DNA of 32,000 nucleotides from Corynebacterium glutamicum ATCC 13032 (GTDB taxonomy: Bacteria > Actinomycetota > Actinomycetes > Mycobacteriales > Mycobacteriaceae): NCBI RefSeq assembly GCF_000011325.1, contig NC_003450.3, forward strand, positions 2,760,001 through 2,792,000, written 5' to 3'. The translations under genes and the position numbers were made by a program. Positions within the stretch are counted from its first letter, which is position 1; every line of letters begins with the position of its first letter. Below, one piece after another: positions 8,070 through 15,737 of this stretch. Under the pieces are notes generated by a model that saw only the letters and a program-made list of their open reading frames with translations, did not search any database and was not told the DNA's origin.

Positions 8070-8293
8070 CTGGGTGGGTCGATTGCGGAAAACCAAACCA
8101 GGTGACCGAAAACTTCCCGCACCGACATTTTCGGTCACCTGGTTTGGTTCTCGGGATTAAAAACCGTCCTATATGGCCAAGTATCAGGAATACATGCGGA
8201 TCTTGGTCACCTGGTCTGTTTTTGAAAACTCGAAGGCCCAAACCCCAAAAATCATGACCATCCAGAATCGTTTCTAAGCGCCTTAAACCTCGA
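8070..8293 (+). repeat. Composite intergenic repeat, copy 1 (hairpin module plus conserved tail)
   Basis: There is a perfect 22-bp inverted repeat, AACCAAACCAGGTGACCGAAAA (8091-8112) / TTTTCGGTCACCTGGTTTGGTT (8128-8149), with a 15-nt loop. A third partial arm GGTCACCTGGTCTG lies at 8205-8218. The tail 8224-8293 (...GGCCCAAA...CATGACCATCCAGAATCGTTTCTAAGCGCCTTAAACCTCGA) aligns by eye with 18766-18850 and with the reverse complement of 26461-26537. Confidence 0.7.
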
Positions 8294-8340
8294 TAGCTAT
8301 ACAAGTAGTCATTCCAGATTCTCGACCGCTTAAAACAGCA

Positions 8341-9096
8341 CTAACTGGATTTAATTCCCCTGAATAGGAACTGCGGAGTCGACTCATGCCCTGGTGAGAG
8401 GCCAAATCGCTGGTCAAGTTCAGCCAGCCCCTCAATGGGTGTCAATGTGACTTCTTTGAGGCCAGCGTTGTGGAAAAGCTCTGCGAAATTGTGGCCAGTG
8501 GAGGTCGTTGACATGGGAAGATTCCTCAAAAGTTCCGGGGTATAGGTCTCTACGAAAGCACTCGGACCATCCACTGAATCTACTTCCGTGCCAGCATCAA
8601 TGCCCTTCGGATACCAAGCCGCATCTACGCACGCAATAACCCCACCAGGTTTTAGCAAAGACACCCAACGATTAATCGCTGCCTGGGGATCCAGCAGAGT
8701 CCACAACACATACCGGCTGGTTATCGCATCAAAAGAGCCTTCCCGGAACTCGGGATCATGCGCATCCCCGACCTGAAAAATGGCAGTCGCCCGACCCGTC
8801 GACCTGCGAAGACCATTCTCCTGCGTAGCTTGATTGATCATTTCCTCAGAACCATCAACGCCGATTGTTTCGTATCCGCAATCGCTTAGAAGGTGGGTGA
8901 CATAACCAGCGCCACAGCCAAGATCGAGAACCTTTACCGCTTCTTCCGACACGATAGGCAAAGCCTTCGACCACACCTTTTCCCAGATGGGGCGTTCAAA
9001 TTGTGCACGCTCGCTTTGGGTTTGGTTGAGGTGGTAAGCCTCTGCCCTGCCGCTCCAATAATTGTTAAGGATGTTTTGTAATTCAGGTGATGTCAC
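8341..9096 (-). CDS. Class I SAM-dependent methyltransferase
   Basis: 251 aa with SAM-binding motif I VLDLGCGAGY and a downstream acidic loop. The substrate is not inferable. Confidence 0.8.
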   Translation of the reverse strand: MTSPELQNILNNYWSGRAEAYHLNQTQSERAQFERPIWEKVWSKALPIVSEEAVKVLDLGCGAGYVTHLLSDCGYETIGVDGSEEMINQATQENGLRRSTGRATAIFQVGDAHDPEFREGSFDAITSRYVLWTLLDPQAAINRWVSLLKPGGVIACVDAAWYPKGIDAGTEVDSVDGPSAFVETYTPELLRNLPMSTTSTGHNFAELFHNAGLKEVTLTPIEGLAELDQRFGLSPGHESTPQFLFRGIKSS

Positions 9097-9153
9097 AGAT
9101 TTTTCAGCCCAATCAGGAATACGTCATTTCAATATCACCCAAGATTAACCCTG

Positions 9154-10599
9154 TTATCCAACCTTCTTGGCCACCATCAGTGAACCGACACCGATGACGA
9201 TGATCGAAATGCCAAATACCGCGAAGTATCGGAGCTCGGAGGTGTGGTTGGTGGGGTCGTAAAATTTGGACACATTACCTGCAATAGACATGCCGATGGC
9301 GAGTGTGAGGAAATACAGGGCGGAGAATCGTGTGGCAAATATTCGTGGTGCGTGGTGCGCAGTCGCAGCCATTCCTCCGGGTCCGATGAAAAGTTCTCCC
9401 AGTGAGATGAGGAAAACACTTAAAGGCAGCACCCACACTGGCGCGAGCGGCATTCCAACAAATGGAATAAGAACTAGAAGCCCACTTCCCGCAATGATCA
9501 CTCCAATGCTGATTCCAATTTTCACTCTTGGGGCGCGTGATCCGCGCATAAACCACAGGGAAATCGGGATGGACAGCGCCAGGATGAAAAAAGGATTGAG
9601 TGATTGTGACCAGGCTGCTGGGATCTCAAAATCGCCAACCATGCGGTCAACACGTTCTTGGGAGTACACAGCTAGTACGCCGTAGGTTTGTGCTTGCACT
9701 GCCCAGAATGCGGTTGAGCAGACGAAGATCGGGATGAATGCCAGCACTTTTCGTTTCTCTTCGGAGCTGACTTGTGGGTGTCGTAAGGGCTGGATAATGA
9801 GCCATAGTGCTGCACCGATTGTTACTAAAAGCAGAGCTCCAGCTAGTTGGTCTGCGCTGACTGTTTCTGTAAGGAGAAGATAAAGCAGCACTCCGCAAAG
9901 CACAGCCACTGCAGCAAATGCCGTGCTAATCACATGTTTTTCTGCAGGGTTTTGGGCGCGGAGCAGCGCTTTCTTCACCTCGAGCGGGAACGATTGCAGC
10001 ATTGGTTTCCGCAACGCTGCGTAGATTCCCAATCCGCCGATCATAAGGACTGCGGCTGCGCCGAATCCCATTTCAAAGGAATACCTGCTGGAGAGCCAAC
10101 CGGTCAGGAGTGGTCCGAGCAGTGCACCAACGTTGATGCCTAGGTAGAAGAGTTGGAATGCGGGATCTGCCTTTGCGTCTCCTTCTTGTTCACCATGCCT
10201 GGATCCCAGCACGGTGATGGCTGCTGTTTTCACAAATCCTGAACCGATCGCGATGCATCCAAGGCCAATGGCTAGACCAATTTTCCCGCCGAGGCCAGCA
10301 AGCACAAGGTGTCCGATGGTTACTGAGATCGCACCGCCCAGCAGGGTTTTTTCTGCGCCCAGGACTCTGTCACTGACCCAACCGCCTGCCCAACAGCAGA
10401 GGTAGAGCAGTGCGCCATAAACGCCGACCAGTCCTGTTGCTTGGGTTTGATCAAGGCCTAATCCACCGGCTGCAACATCAAAATACAGGTAGTACACCAA
10501 GAGTGCTTGCATGCCGTAGAAGCTGAATCGCTCCCACATTTCAATACTGATTATTGAGGTTGCGCTTTTGAACCTAACCCGTTGATCCAGTTGGACCAT
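9154..10599 (-). CDS. Proton-dependent oligopeptide transporter (POT/PTR2) family di-/tripeptide permease
   Basis: The POT signature EMWERFSFYGMQALLVYYL is present and the protein is polytopic. I prefer the ATG at complement 10597-10599 (MVQLDQRV..., 481 aa) because AGGAGA lies 4 nt upstream. The ORF-track start at 10665 adds 22 codons with no SD. Confidence 0.85.
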   Translation of the reverse strand: MVQLDQRVRFKSATSIISIEMWERFSFYGMQALLVYYLYFDVAAGGLGLDQTQATGLVGVYGALLYLCCWAGGWVSDRVLGAEKTLLGGAISVTIGHLVLAGLGGKIGLAIGLGCIAIGSGFVKTAAITVLGSRHGEQEGDAKADPAFQLFYLGINVGALLGPLLTGWLSSRYSFEMGFGAAAVLMIGGLGIYAALRKPMLQSFPLEVKKALLRAQNPAEKHVISTAFAAVAVLCGVLLYLLLTETVSADQLAGALLLVTIGAALWLIIQPLRHPQVSSEEKRKVLAFIPIFVCSTAFWAVQAQTYGVLAVYSQERVDRMVGDFEIPAAWSQSLNPFFILALSIPISLWFMRGSRAPRVKIGISIGVIIAGSGLLVLIPFVGMPLAPVWVLPLSVFLISLGELFIGPGGMAATAHHAPRIFATRFSALYFLTLAIGMSIAGNVSKFYDPTNHTSELRYFAVFGISIIVIGVGSLMVAKKVG

Positions 10600-10651
10600 G
10601 ACTTCTCCTAAGACAAAGCTGCGGTAATTAAAAACACTTAGCGCCAAAAAT

Positions 10652-10664
10652 TGAACACTGTTCA
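10652..10664. promoter_or_regulatory. TGAAC-N3-GTTCA palindrome (BioQ-type operator) in the divergent POT/bioA intergenic region
   Basis: TTGAACACTGTTCAA lies at 10651-10665. As I recall it, the TetR-type biotin regulator BioQ of C. glutamicum recognises TGAAC-N3-GTTCA. The site is 50 nt upstream of the bioA ATG and 52 nt upstream of the permease ATG. Confidence 0.6.
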
Positions 10665-10714
10665 ATTAACCTATTACACTGCAGATATACATCCAAACCA
10701 AGTGACGGAGGAAA

Positions 10715-11986
10715 ATGGAAAACCCCAGCTTGCGCGAGCTTGATCACCGAAACATCTGGCACCCGTATGCCGCGCCGGGCGTGCGCAATAGACTCGTCAC
10801 CAAAACCGATGGAGTGTTTTTGACGCTGGAAGATGGCAGCACCGTGATTGACGCGATGAGCTCCTGGTGGTCGGCAATTCATGGACACGGACACCCCCGA
10901 CTGAAAGCTGCCGCCCAAAAACAAATCGACACCATGAGTCACGTCATGTTTGGCGGACTAACCCACGAGCCCGCCATTAAGCTCACCCACAAACTCCTCA
11001 ATCTCACTGGAAATTCCTTTGACCACGTCTTTTATTCCGATTCGGGCTCGGTCTCAGTGGAGGTCGCCATCAAAATGGCACTGCAGGCCTCCAAAGGACA
11101 AGGCCACCCGGAACGAACAAAACTCCTCACCTGGCGGTCCGGCTACCACGGAGACACATTCACCGCGATGAGCGTGTGCGACCCAGAAAATGGCATGCAT
11201 AGCCTCTGGAAAGGCACACTCCCCGAGCAGATTTTCGCCCCCGCCCCACCAGTTCGGGGGTCATCGCCGCAGGCGATTTCCGAGTACCTGCGCAGCATGG
11301 AATTGCTTATCGACGAGACCGTCTCCGCAATCATCATCGAACCGATCGTCCAAGGCGCTGGAGGCATGCGCTTTCACGATGTCGCACTCATTGAAGGAGT
11401 CGCCACACTGTGCAAGAAGCACGATCGTTTCTTGATCGTCGATGAAATTGCCACTGGTTTCGGCCGCACCGGTGAACTATTTGCCACGTTAAGCAATGGC
11501 CTACAACCAGACATCATGTGTGTGGGCAAGGCCCTCACCGGTGGATTCATGTCCTTCGCCGCTACTTTATGCACGGACAAGGTGGCTCAATTAATCAGCA
11601 CCCCAAATGGCGGAGGTGCGCTGATGCACGGCCCCACTTTTATGGCTAATCCTCTGGCCTGTGCGGTTTCGCATGCTTCATTAGAAATCATTGAGACCGG
11701 CATGTGGCAGAAACAGGTAAAAAGAATCGAAGCCGAACTTATCGCAGGCCTTTCCCCACTTCAACACCTTCCAGGGGTTGCCGATGTCCGGGTTCTCGGC
11801 GCGATTGGTGTCATCGAAATGGAACAAAATGTCAATGTCGAAGAAGCTACTCAGGCTGCATTAGATCACGGTGTGTGGATCCGCCCCTTTGGACGCTTGC
11901 TCTATGTCATGCCTCCATATATCACCACGTCAGAGCAGTGCGCACAGATCTGCACTGCGCTTCATGCTGCAGTTAAAGGGAAATAA
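10715..11986 (+). CDS. bioA: Adenosylmethionine-8-amino-7-oxononanoate aminotransferase
   Basis: 423 aa class III aminotransferase with the PLP lysine in CVGKALTGG. The SD GGAGGAAA is upstream, and bioD follows immediately. Confidence 0.92.
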   Translation: MENPSLRELDHRNIWHPYAAPGVRNRLVTKTDGVFLTLEDGSTVIDAMSSWWSAIHGHGHPRLKAAAQKQIDTMSHVMFGGLTHEPAIKLTHKLLNLTGNSFDHVFYSDSGSVSVEVAIKMALQASKGQGHPERTKLLTWRSGYHGDTFTAMSVCDPENGMHSLWKGTLPEQIFAPAPPVRGSSPQAISEYLRSMELLIDETVSAIIIEPIVQGAGGMRFHDVALIEGVATLCKKHDRFLIVDEIATGFGRTGELFATLSNGLQPDIMCVGKALTGGFMSFAATLCTDKVAQLISTPNGGGALMHGPTFMANPLACAVSHASLEIIETGMWQKQVKRIEAELIAGLSPLQHLPGVADVRVLGAIGVIEMEQNVNVEEATQAALDHGVWIRPFGRLLYVMPPYITTSEQCAQICTALHAAVKGK

Positions 11987-11989
11987 ACC

Positions 11990-12664
11990 ATGCCATTTTT
12001 ATTTGTCAGCGGTACCGGAACTGGGGTTGGGAAAACCTTCTCCACAGCCGTTTTGGTTCGATACTTAGCCGATCAAGGACACGATGTTCTGCCCGTAAAG
12101 CTAGTCCAAACCGGTGAACTTCCAGGCGAGGGAGACATCTTTAACATTGAACGCTTGACTGGAATTGCTGGAGAGGAATTTGCTCGTTTCAAAGACCCTC
12201 TTGCGCCAAATCTGGCAGCCCGACGAGAGGGGGTCGAGCCAATACAGTTTGATCAGATTATCTCGTGGCTTCGTGGTTTTGACGACCCAGATCGCATCAT
12301 TGTGGTGGAGGGCGCTGGTGGCCTGCTGGTCAGATTAGGGGAAGATTTCACCCTGGCAGATGTTGCCTCCGCTTTGAATGCACCCTTAGTGATTGTGACA
12401 AGCACCGGATTGGGAAGCCTCAACGCTGCTGAATTAAGCGTTGAGGCAGCAAACCGCCGAGGACTCACAGTGTTGGGAGTCCTCGGCGGTTCGATCCCTC
12501 AAAATCCTGATCTAGCTACGATGCTTAATCTCGAAGAATTTGAGAGAGTCACCGGCGTGCCCTTTTGGGGAGCTTTGCCGGAAGGGTTGTCACGGGTGGA
12601 GGGGTTCGTCGAAAAGCAATCTTTTCCGGCCCTTGATGCCTTTAAGAAACCGCCGGCAAGGTGA
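11990..12664 (+). CDS. bioD: Dethiobiotin synthetase
   Basis: 224 aa with the N-terminal P-loop SGTGTGVGKT. It starts 3 nt after the bioA stop. Confidence 0.9.
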   Translation: MPFLFVSGTGTGVGKTFSTAVLVRYLADQGHDVLPVKLVQTGELPGEGDIFNIERLTGIAGEEFARFKDPLAPNLAARREGVEPIQFDQIISWLRGFDDPDRIIVVEGAGGLLVRLGEDFTLADVASALNAPLVIVTSTGLGSLNAAELSVEAANRRGLTVLGVLGGSIPQNPDLATMLNLEEFERVTGVPFWGALPEGLSRVEGFVEKQSFPALDAFKKPPAR

Positions 12665-14099
12665 TCGTGAACACCGTGCCTTCGCCTTGCACGCTGTCGA
12701 CGGTGACTGTGCCGCCGTGGCCTTCGACCAGGGATTTCGTGATCGCAAGGCCGAGGCCCGATCCGCCGGATGCGCGTGAGCGGGAGGAATCGGCGCGGTA
12801 GAAACGCTCGAAGATATGCTGAGCATCTTCTTCAGACATTCCGACACCGTTGTCTGCCACGAGAATCCTCACGTTTTGTCCATCGGTGTTGATCTCAATG
12901 CTGACTTCCGCGTCCGGTCCGCCGTGGTTTAGTCCGTTGGCAACCAGGTTGGTAAGCACTTGGTGGAGGCGAGTTGGGTCGCCTTTGACAACCGGAATGG
13001 ACTCAGCTTTGTTGGATACATTGACTGTGCGATCTGGCCAGGCTGCTCGCATGGATCCGCGTACTGCCAAGGCGAGTTCCAGCACGTCAACGCGGTGCTT
13101 CTCCATTTGCTGGCCTTCGGCACGCGTCAGTGACAGGAGGTCTTCCACAAGCACACTCATGCGTTGGGCTTCGCCACCGATCTTGGACATGACCCAGTTG
13201 GCATCATCTGTTGCACCTGATGAATACAGCTCGGTGAAGCCCTTCACAGAGGTCAGTGGTGTGCGGAGCTCGTGGGAGGCATCGCCAACGAATCGGCGCA
13301 TCTGAGCTTCTTTTTGCTGGGCGGTCAGAATTGAGGCTTGGAGCTGCTCCAACATGATATTGAGGGCATTCGACAGCTGTCCGACTTCTGTGGTCATTGG
13401 CCACTGCGGGACACGTCGATCCAAATCACCGCCCGCAATCCTGGTGGCGGTCTCTTCAACTTCTCTCAACGGCCGCAACGAGCGTCTGACTAGGAAGAGT
13501 GAAGTAATCAAAATAGCAACCAGAATCAGCGCGCCGATGATCATCTGCACCATCACCAATCGGTACAGCAGGTTTGTTTCACGCCCCATGCTTTTACCCA
13601 CCACGGTGATAATGTCACCGTTCTTTTCCGCCATCACACGCCACGGAGTGTTGGAGGCAGAACCGCTAGCAGCATCCACAGTGTGTGGACCAGTACCGAT
13701 GGTGGTTTCAGCTAGATCGGGTGCCGATTGTGCATCGTTGAAGATGATGCTGGATCCATCAGGAAAAACCTTGGCCACATAATAATCGCTGGGTGGCCCT
13801 TGGCGGACGCCATCGAAATTAAACAGCTCAACGTTATGCGCCCACGTCCCCATCGAGGTCTCTAGCTCTTGATCCATGCGGGTATAGGAAACTTCACGCA
13901 TGAGGCTGGAGACAGCAATCGCGTTGACCAGCAAACCAAGCCCGGCGATACCCACCACGATCAAAATGATGCGGGTGCGCAGCGGTATGGCTCGTCCGGC
14001 AGCTCTGATGGGACCTATTTCAGGTTCTTTTTCTGCTTCTTTTTTTACGCCGACTTCTTGGTTTTCGTCATCGAGCGCAGCAACATAAGGATTTTCCAT
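12642..14099 (-). CDS. phoS: Two-component sensor histidine kinase (phosphate-starvation sensor)
   Basis: 485 aa with two TM segments, a HAMP region, the H-box SHELRTPLTS, the N/G boxes DNGVGM and GGSGLGLAI. It sits directly downstream of an OmpR-type regulator. The symbol comes from recalled C. glutamicum synteny (bioAD-phoS-phoR). Confidence 0.85.
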   Translation of the reverse strand: MENPYVAALDDENQEVGVKKEAEKEPEIGPIRAAGRAIPLRTRIILIVVGIAGLGLLVNAIAVSSLMREVSYTRMDQELETSMGTWAHNVELFNFDGVRQGPPSDYYVAKVFPDGSSIIFNDAQSAPDLAETTIGTGPHTVDAASGSASNTPWRVMAEKNGDIITVVGKSMGRETNLLYRLVMVQMIIGALILVAILITSLFLVRRSLRPLREVEETATRIAGGDLDRRVPQWPMTTEVGQLSNALNIMLEQLQASILTAQQKEAQMRRFVGDASHELRTPLTSVKGFTELYSSGATDDANWVMSKIGGEAQRMSVLVEDLLSLTRAEGQQMEKHRVDVLELALAVRGSMRAAWPDRTVNVSNKAESIPVVKGDPTRLHQVLTNLVANGLNHGGPDAEVSIEINTDGQNVRILVADNGVGMSEEDAQHIFERFYRADSSRSRASGGSGLGLAITKSLVEGHGGTVTVDSVQGEGTVFTITLPAVS

Positions 14100-14107
14100 A
14101 GGAGAAT

Positions 14108-14815
14108 TTAGCTACGTGGGGTGCGCAGAACATATCCAACGCCACGAACAGTCTGAATTAGCTGCGGATCCTGGGTGTCCACCTTGCGGCGCAGGTAGGA
14201 GATGTAGGATTCCACGACGTTGCCGTCGCCACCAAAATCGTAGTGCCACACGTTATCCAGGATCTTTGCCTTGGACAGCACCACTTCAGCGTTGAGCATG
14301 AGGTAGCGCAGGAGGTTGAATTCAGTTGGGGAAAGATCGATCAGTTCGCCAGCCTTGGTGACCTCGTGGGTTTCATCGTTGAGGGTGAGGTCTGCGTACT
14401 GCAGGGAAGTTGAGGTGTCTTCTTCAACTGCTCCACCGCGACGAAGAATCACGCGCAGGCGGGTGATTACTTCTTCCAGGGAGAAAGGCTTGGTCACGTA
14501 GTCGTCAGCGCCGATGGTCAGGCCGTGGATGCGGTGCTCCACGGCATCCTTTGCGGTGAGGTACAGAACTGGGCTGTCAAGGCCTTCGCCGCGCAGCTTG
14601 GTCAGCAGCTCGAAGCCGTCCATTCCTGGCATCATGACATCGAGGATGTATGCGTCTGGACGGAACTCACGAGCAATCTTCAGGGCTTCATTGCCATCGT
14701 TGGCGGTCATCACTGCGAAGCCTTGGAATTTAAGGCTTACGGTGAGCAGCTCGACGATGTTTGGCTCGTCATCAACGACGAGTACGCGGATTTGTCCGTC
14801 AGACTGGTTGTCCAT
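14108..14815 (-). CDS. phoR: OmpR/PhoB-family response regulator
   Basis: The receiver domain (RVLVVDDEPNIV..., MMPGMDG) is followed by a winged-helix output domain. I prefer the ATG at complement 14813-14815 (MDNQSDGQ..., 235 aa) because GGAAGAG lies 7 nt upstream. The ORF-track start at 14830 adds 5 codons. Confidence 0.88.
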   Translation of the reverse strand: MDNQSDGQIRVLVVDDEPNIVELLTVSLKFQGFAVMTANDGNEALKIAREFRPDAYILDVMMPGMDGFELLTKLRGEGLDSPVLYLTAKDAVEHRIHGLTIGADDYVTKPFSLEEVITRLRVILRRGGAVEEDTSTSLQYADLTLNDETHEVTKAGELIDLSPTEFNLLRYLMLNAEVVLSKAKILDNVWHYDFGGDGNVVESYISYLRRKVDTQDPQLIQTVRGVGYVLRTPRS

Positions 14816-14890
14816 TTTTATCTCTTCCATTGGTGTCCATTAGCGGAATGATTAACTTCCCACTAGTGAACACCCTGGAACTTCAACACC

Positions 14891-14920
14891 ACTGAATACT
14901 AACTGTGAATGTACTGAAAG
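14891..14920. promoter_or_regulatory. Three 8-bp direct repeats with 3-bp spacers (PhoR-box-like) upstream of phoRS
   Basis: The units are ACTGAATA-cta-ACTGTGAA-tgt-ACTGAAAG, 76-105 nt upstream of the phoR ATG. As I recall it, the published PhoR site is an 8-bp direct repeat with a 3-bp spacer (CCTGTGAAnnnCCTGTGAA). The middle unit matches 7 of 8 positions. Confidence 0.5.
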
Positions 14921-14934
14921 AGTTGAAATTGGGA

Positions 14935-15690
14935 TTATTCCCACTCCACATTCTCCAAGTCCACGCCTTCTACCTGCGCCAATGCTTCAATAAGTGTTAA
15001 AAGATATGAGGCGTGTCCTTTGTAAGTTTCGTTAAAACGCTCGTCTTCCACGTACATCCGAGCCAAAATTACTTGCTTGTTTGCACTCACGGTGTACCAC
15101 TGACCGATGCTTGCGCGGTGCGCAAGCGCTAGCTCATTGCCCTCTGCAGAGCCGGGCGCGATGCCGCGCAGGGAGGCGTCGATAAGCTTTTCGACGAACC
15201 CCTCATGTTCATCTTTCGCCCTCTGAAAATCCTCCTTGGTCATCTTCTCCTGGATCTTTTGGGATTCTTTCCACTCCGGGGTGTCGCCCCAGCGCTGGAA
15301 AGCCTCCTCTTGGTACTTGGGCAGATCCTCGCCGAAGATCTCAATCTTTTCCTTCACGCTAATCGCATCCTTTCCAAGGATTTCATCTACTGCCCGGACC
15401 ATCCGATGCAGCTGACCGATCTGTTCCACTAGGAGTTCCCGCTGGCGGCGCAGGTGCTGATTGGCCGAATCCGGCTGATCAAGCACCTCCGCAATATCCT
15501 TCAACCCGATTCCGGCGGCCCTGTAAATAAGAATCTGCAGGGCGCGCTCGACATCGTCTTCTGTGTAAAGGCGATAATCCGTTGTGGTTCGCCAGCTCGG
15601 TTGAAGCAACCCGATGCTGTCCCAATGCCGCAGTGTGCGGGTGGTGACACCGAGTAGTTCAGCAGCCTCGCCAATGGTTCGATCTGTCAT
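14935..15690 (-). CDS. MerR-family transcriptional regulator with TipAS-like C-terminal effector domain
   Basis: 251 aa. The N-terminal MerR HTH is IGEAAELLGVTTRTLRHWDSIGLL, followed by a coiled-coil dimerisation helix and a roughly 140-aa C-terminal TipAS-type domain. Confidence 0.85.
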   Translation of the reverse strand: MTDRTIGEAAELLGVTTRTLRHWDSIGLLQPSWRTTTDYRLYTEDDVERALQILIYRAAGIGLKDIAEVLDQPDSANQHLRRQRELLVEQIGQLHRMVRAVDEILGKDAISVKEKIEIFGEDLPKYQEEAFQRWGDTPEWKESQKIQEKMTKEDFQRAKDEHEGFVEKLIDASLRGIAPGSAEGNELALAHRASIGQWYTVSANKQVILARMYVEDERFNETYKGHASYLLTLIEALAQVEGVDLENVEWE

Positions 15691-15697
15691 GACTGTT

Positions 15698-15729
15698 AGT
15701 TAAATCCTTGACGTCGCGTGAAGGTCAAG
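15698..15729 (-). promoter_or_regulatory. MerR-type promoter with 19-bp spacer and embedded dyad
   Basis: The minus strand reads TTGACC-(19 nt)-TTAACT-aacagtc-ATG. The spacer contains the dyad CTTGAC-N11-GTCAAG (15707-15712 / 15724-15729). The -10 element lies only 7 nt from the ATG, which implies a leaderless mRNA. Confidence 0.6.
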
Positions 15730-15737
15730 AGGTTTCC

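Noticed and set aside
8063-8257. Small ORFs inside the repeat elements: 8063..8257 (+), 7834..8304 (-), 18482..18811 (+) and 26580..26888 (+).
   Set aside because: The translations are not conserved between the repeat copies despite the DNA similarity. The ORFs run through hairpin arms on both strands and lack SD sequences. The DNA or RNA structure explains the conservation better.
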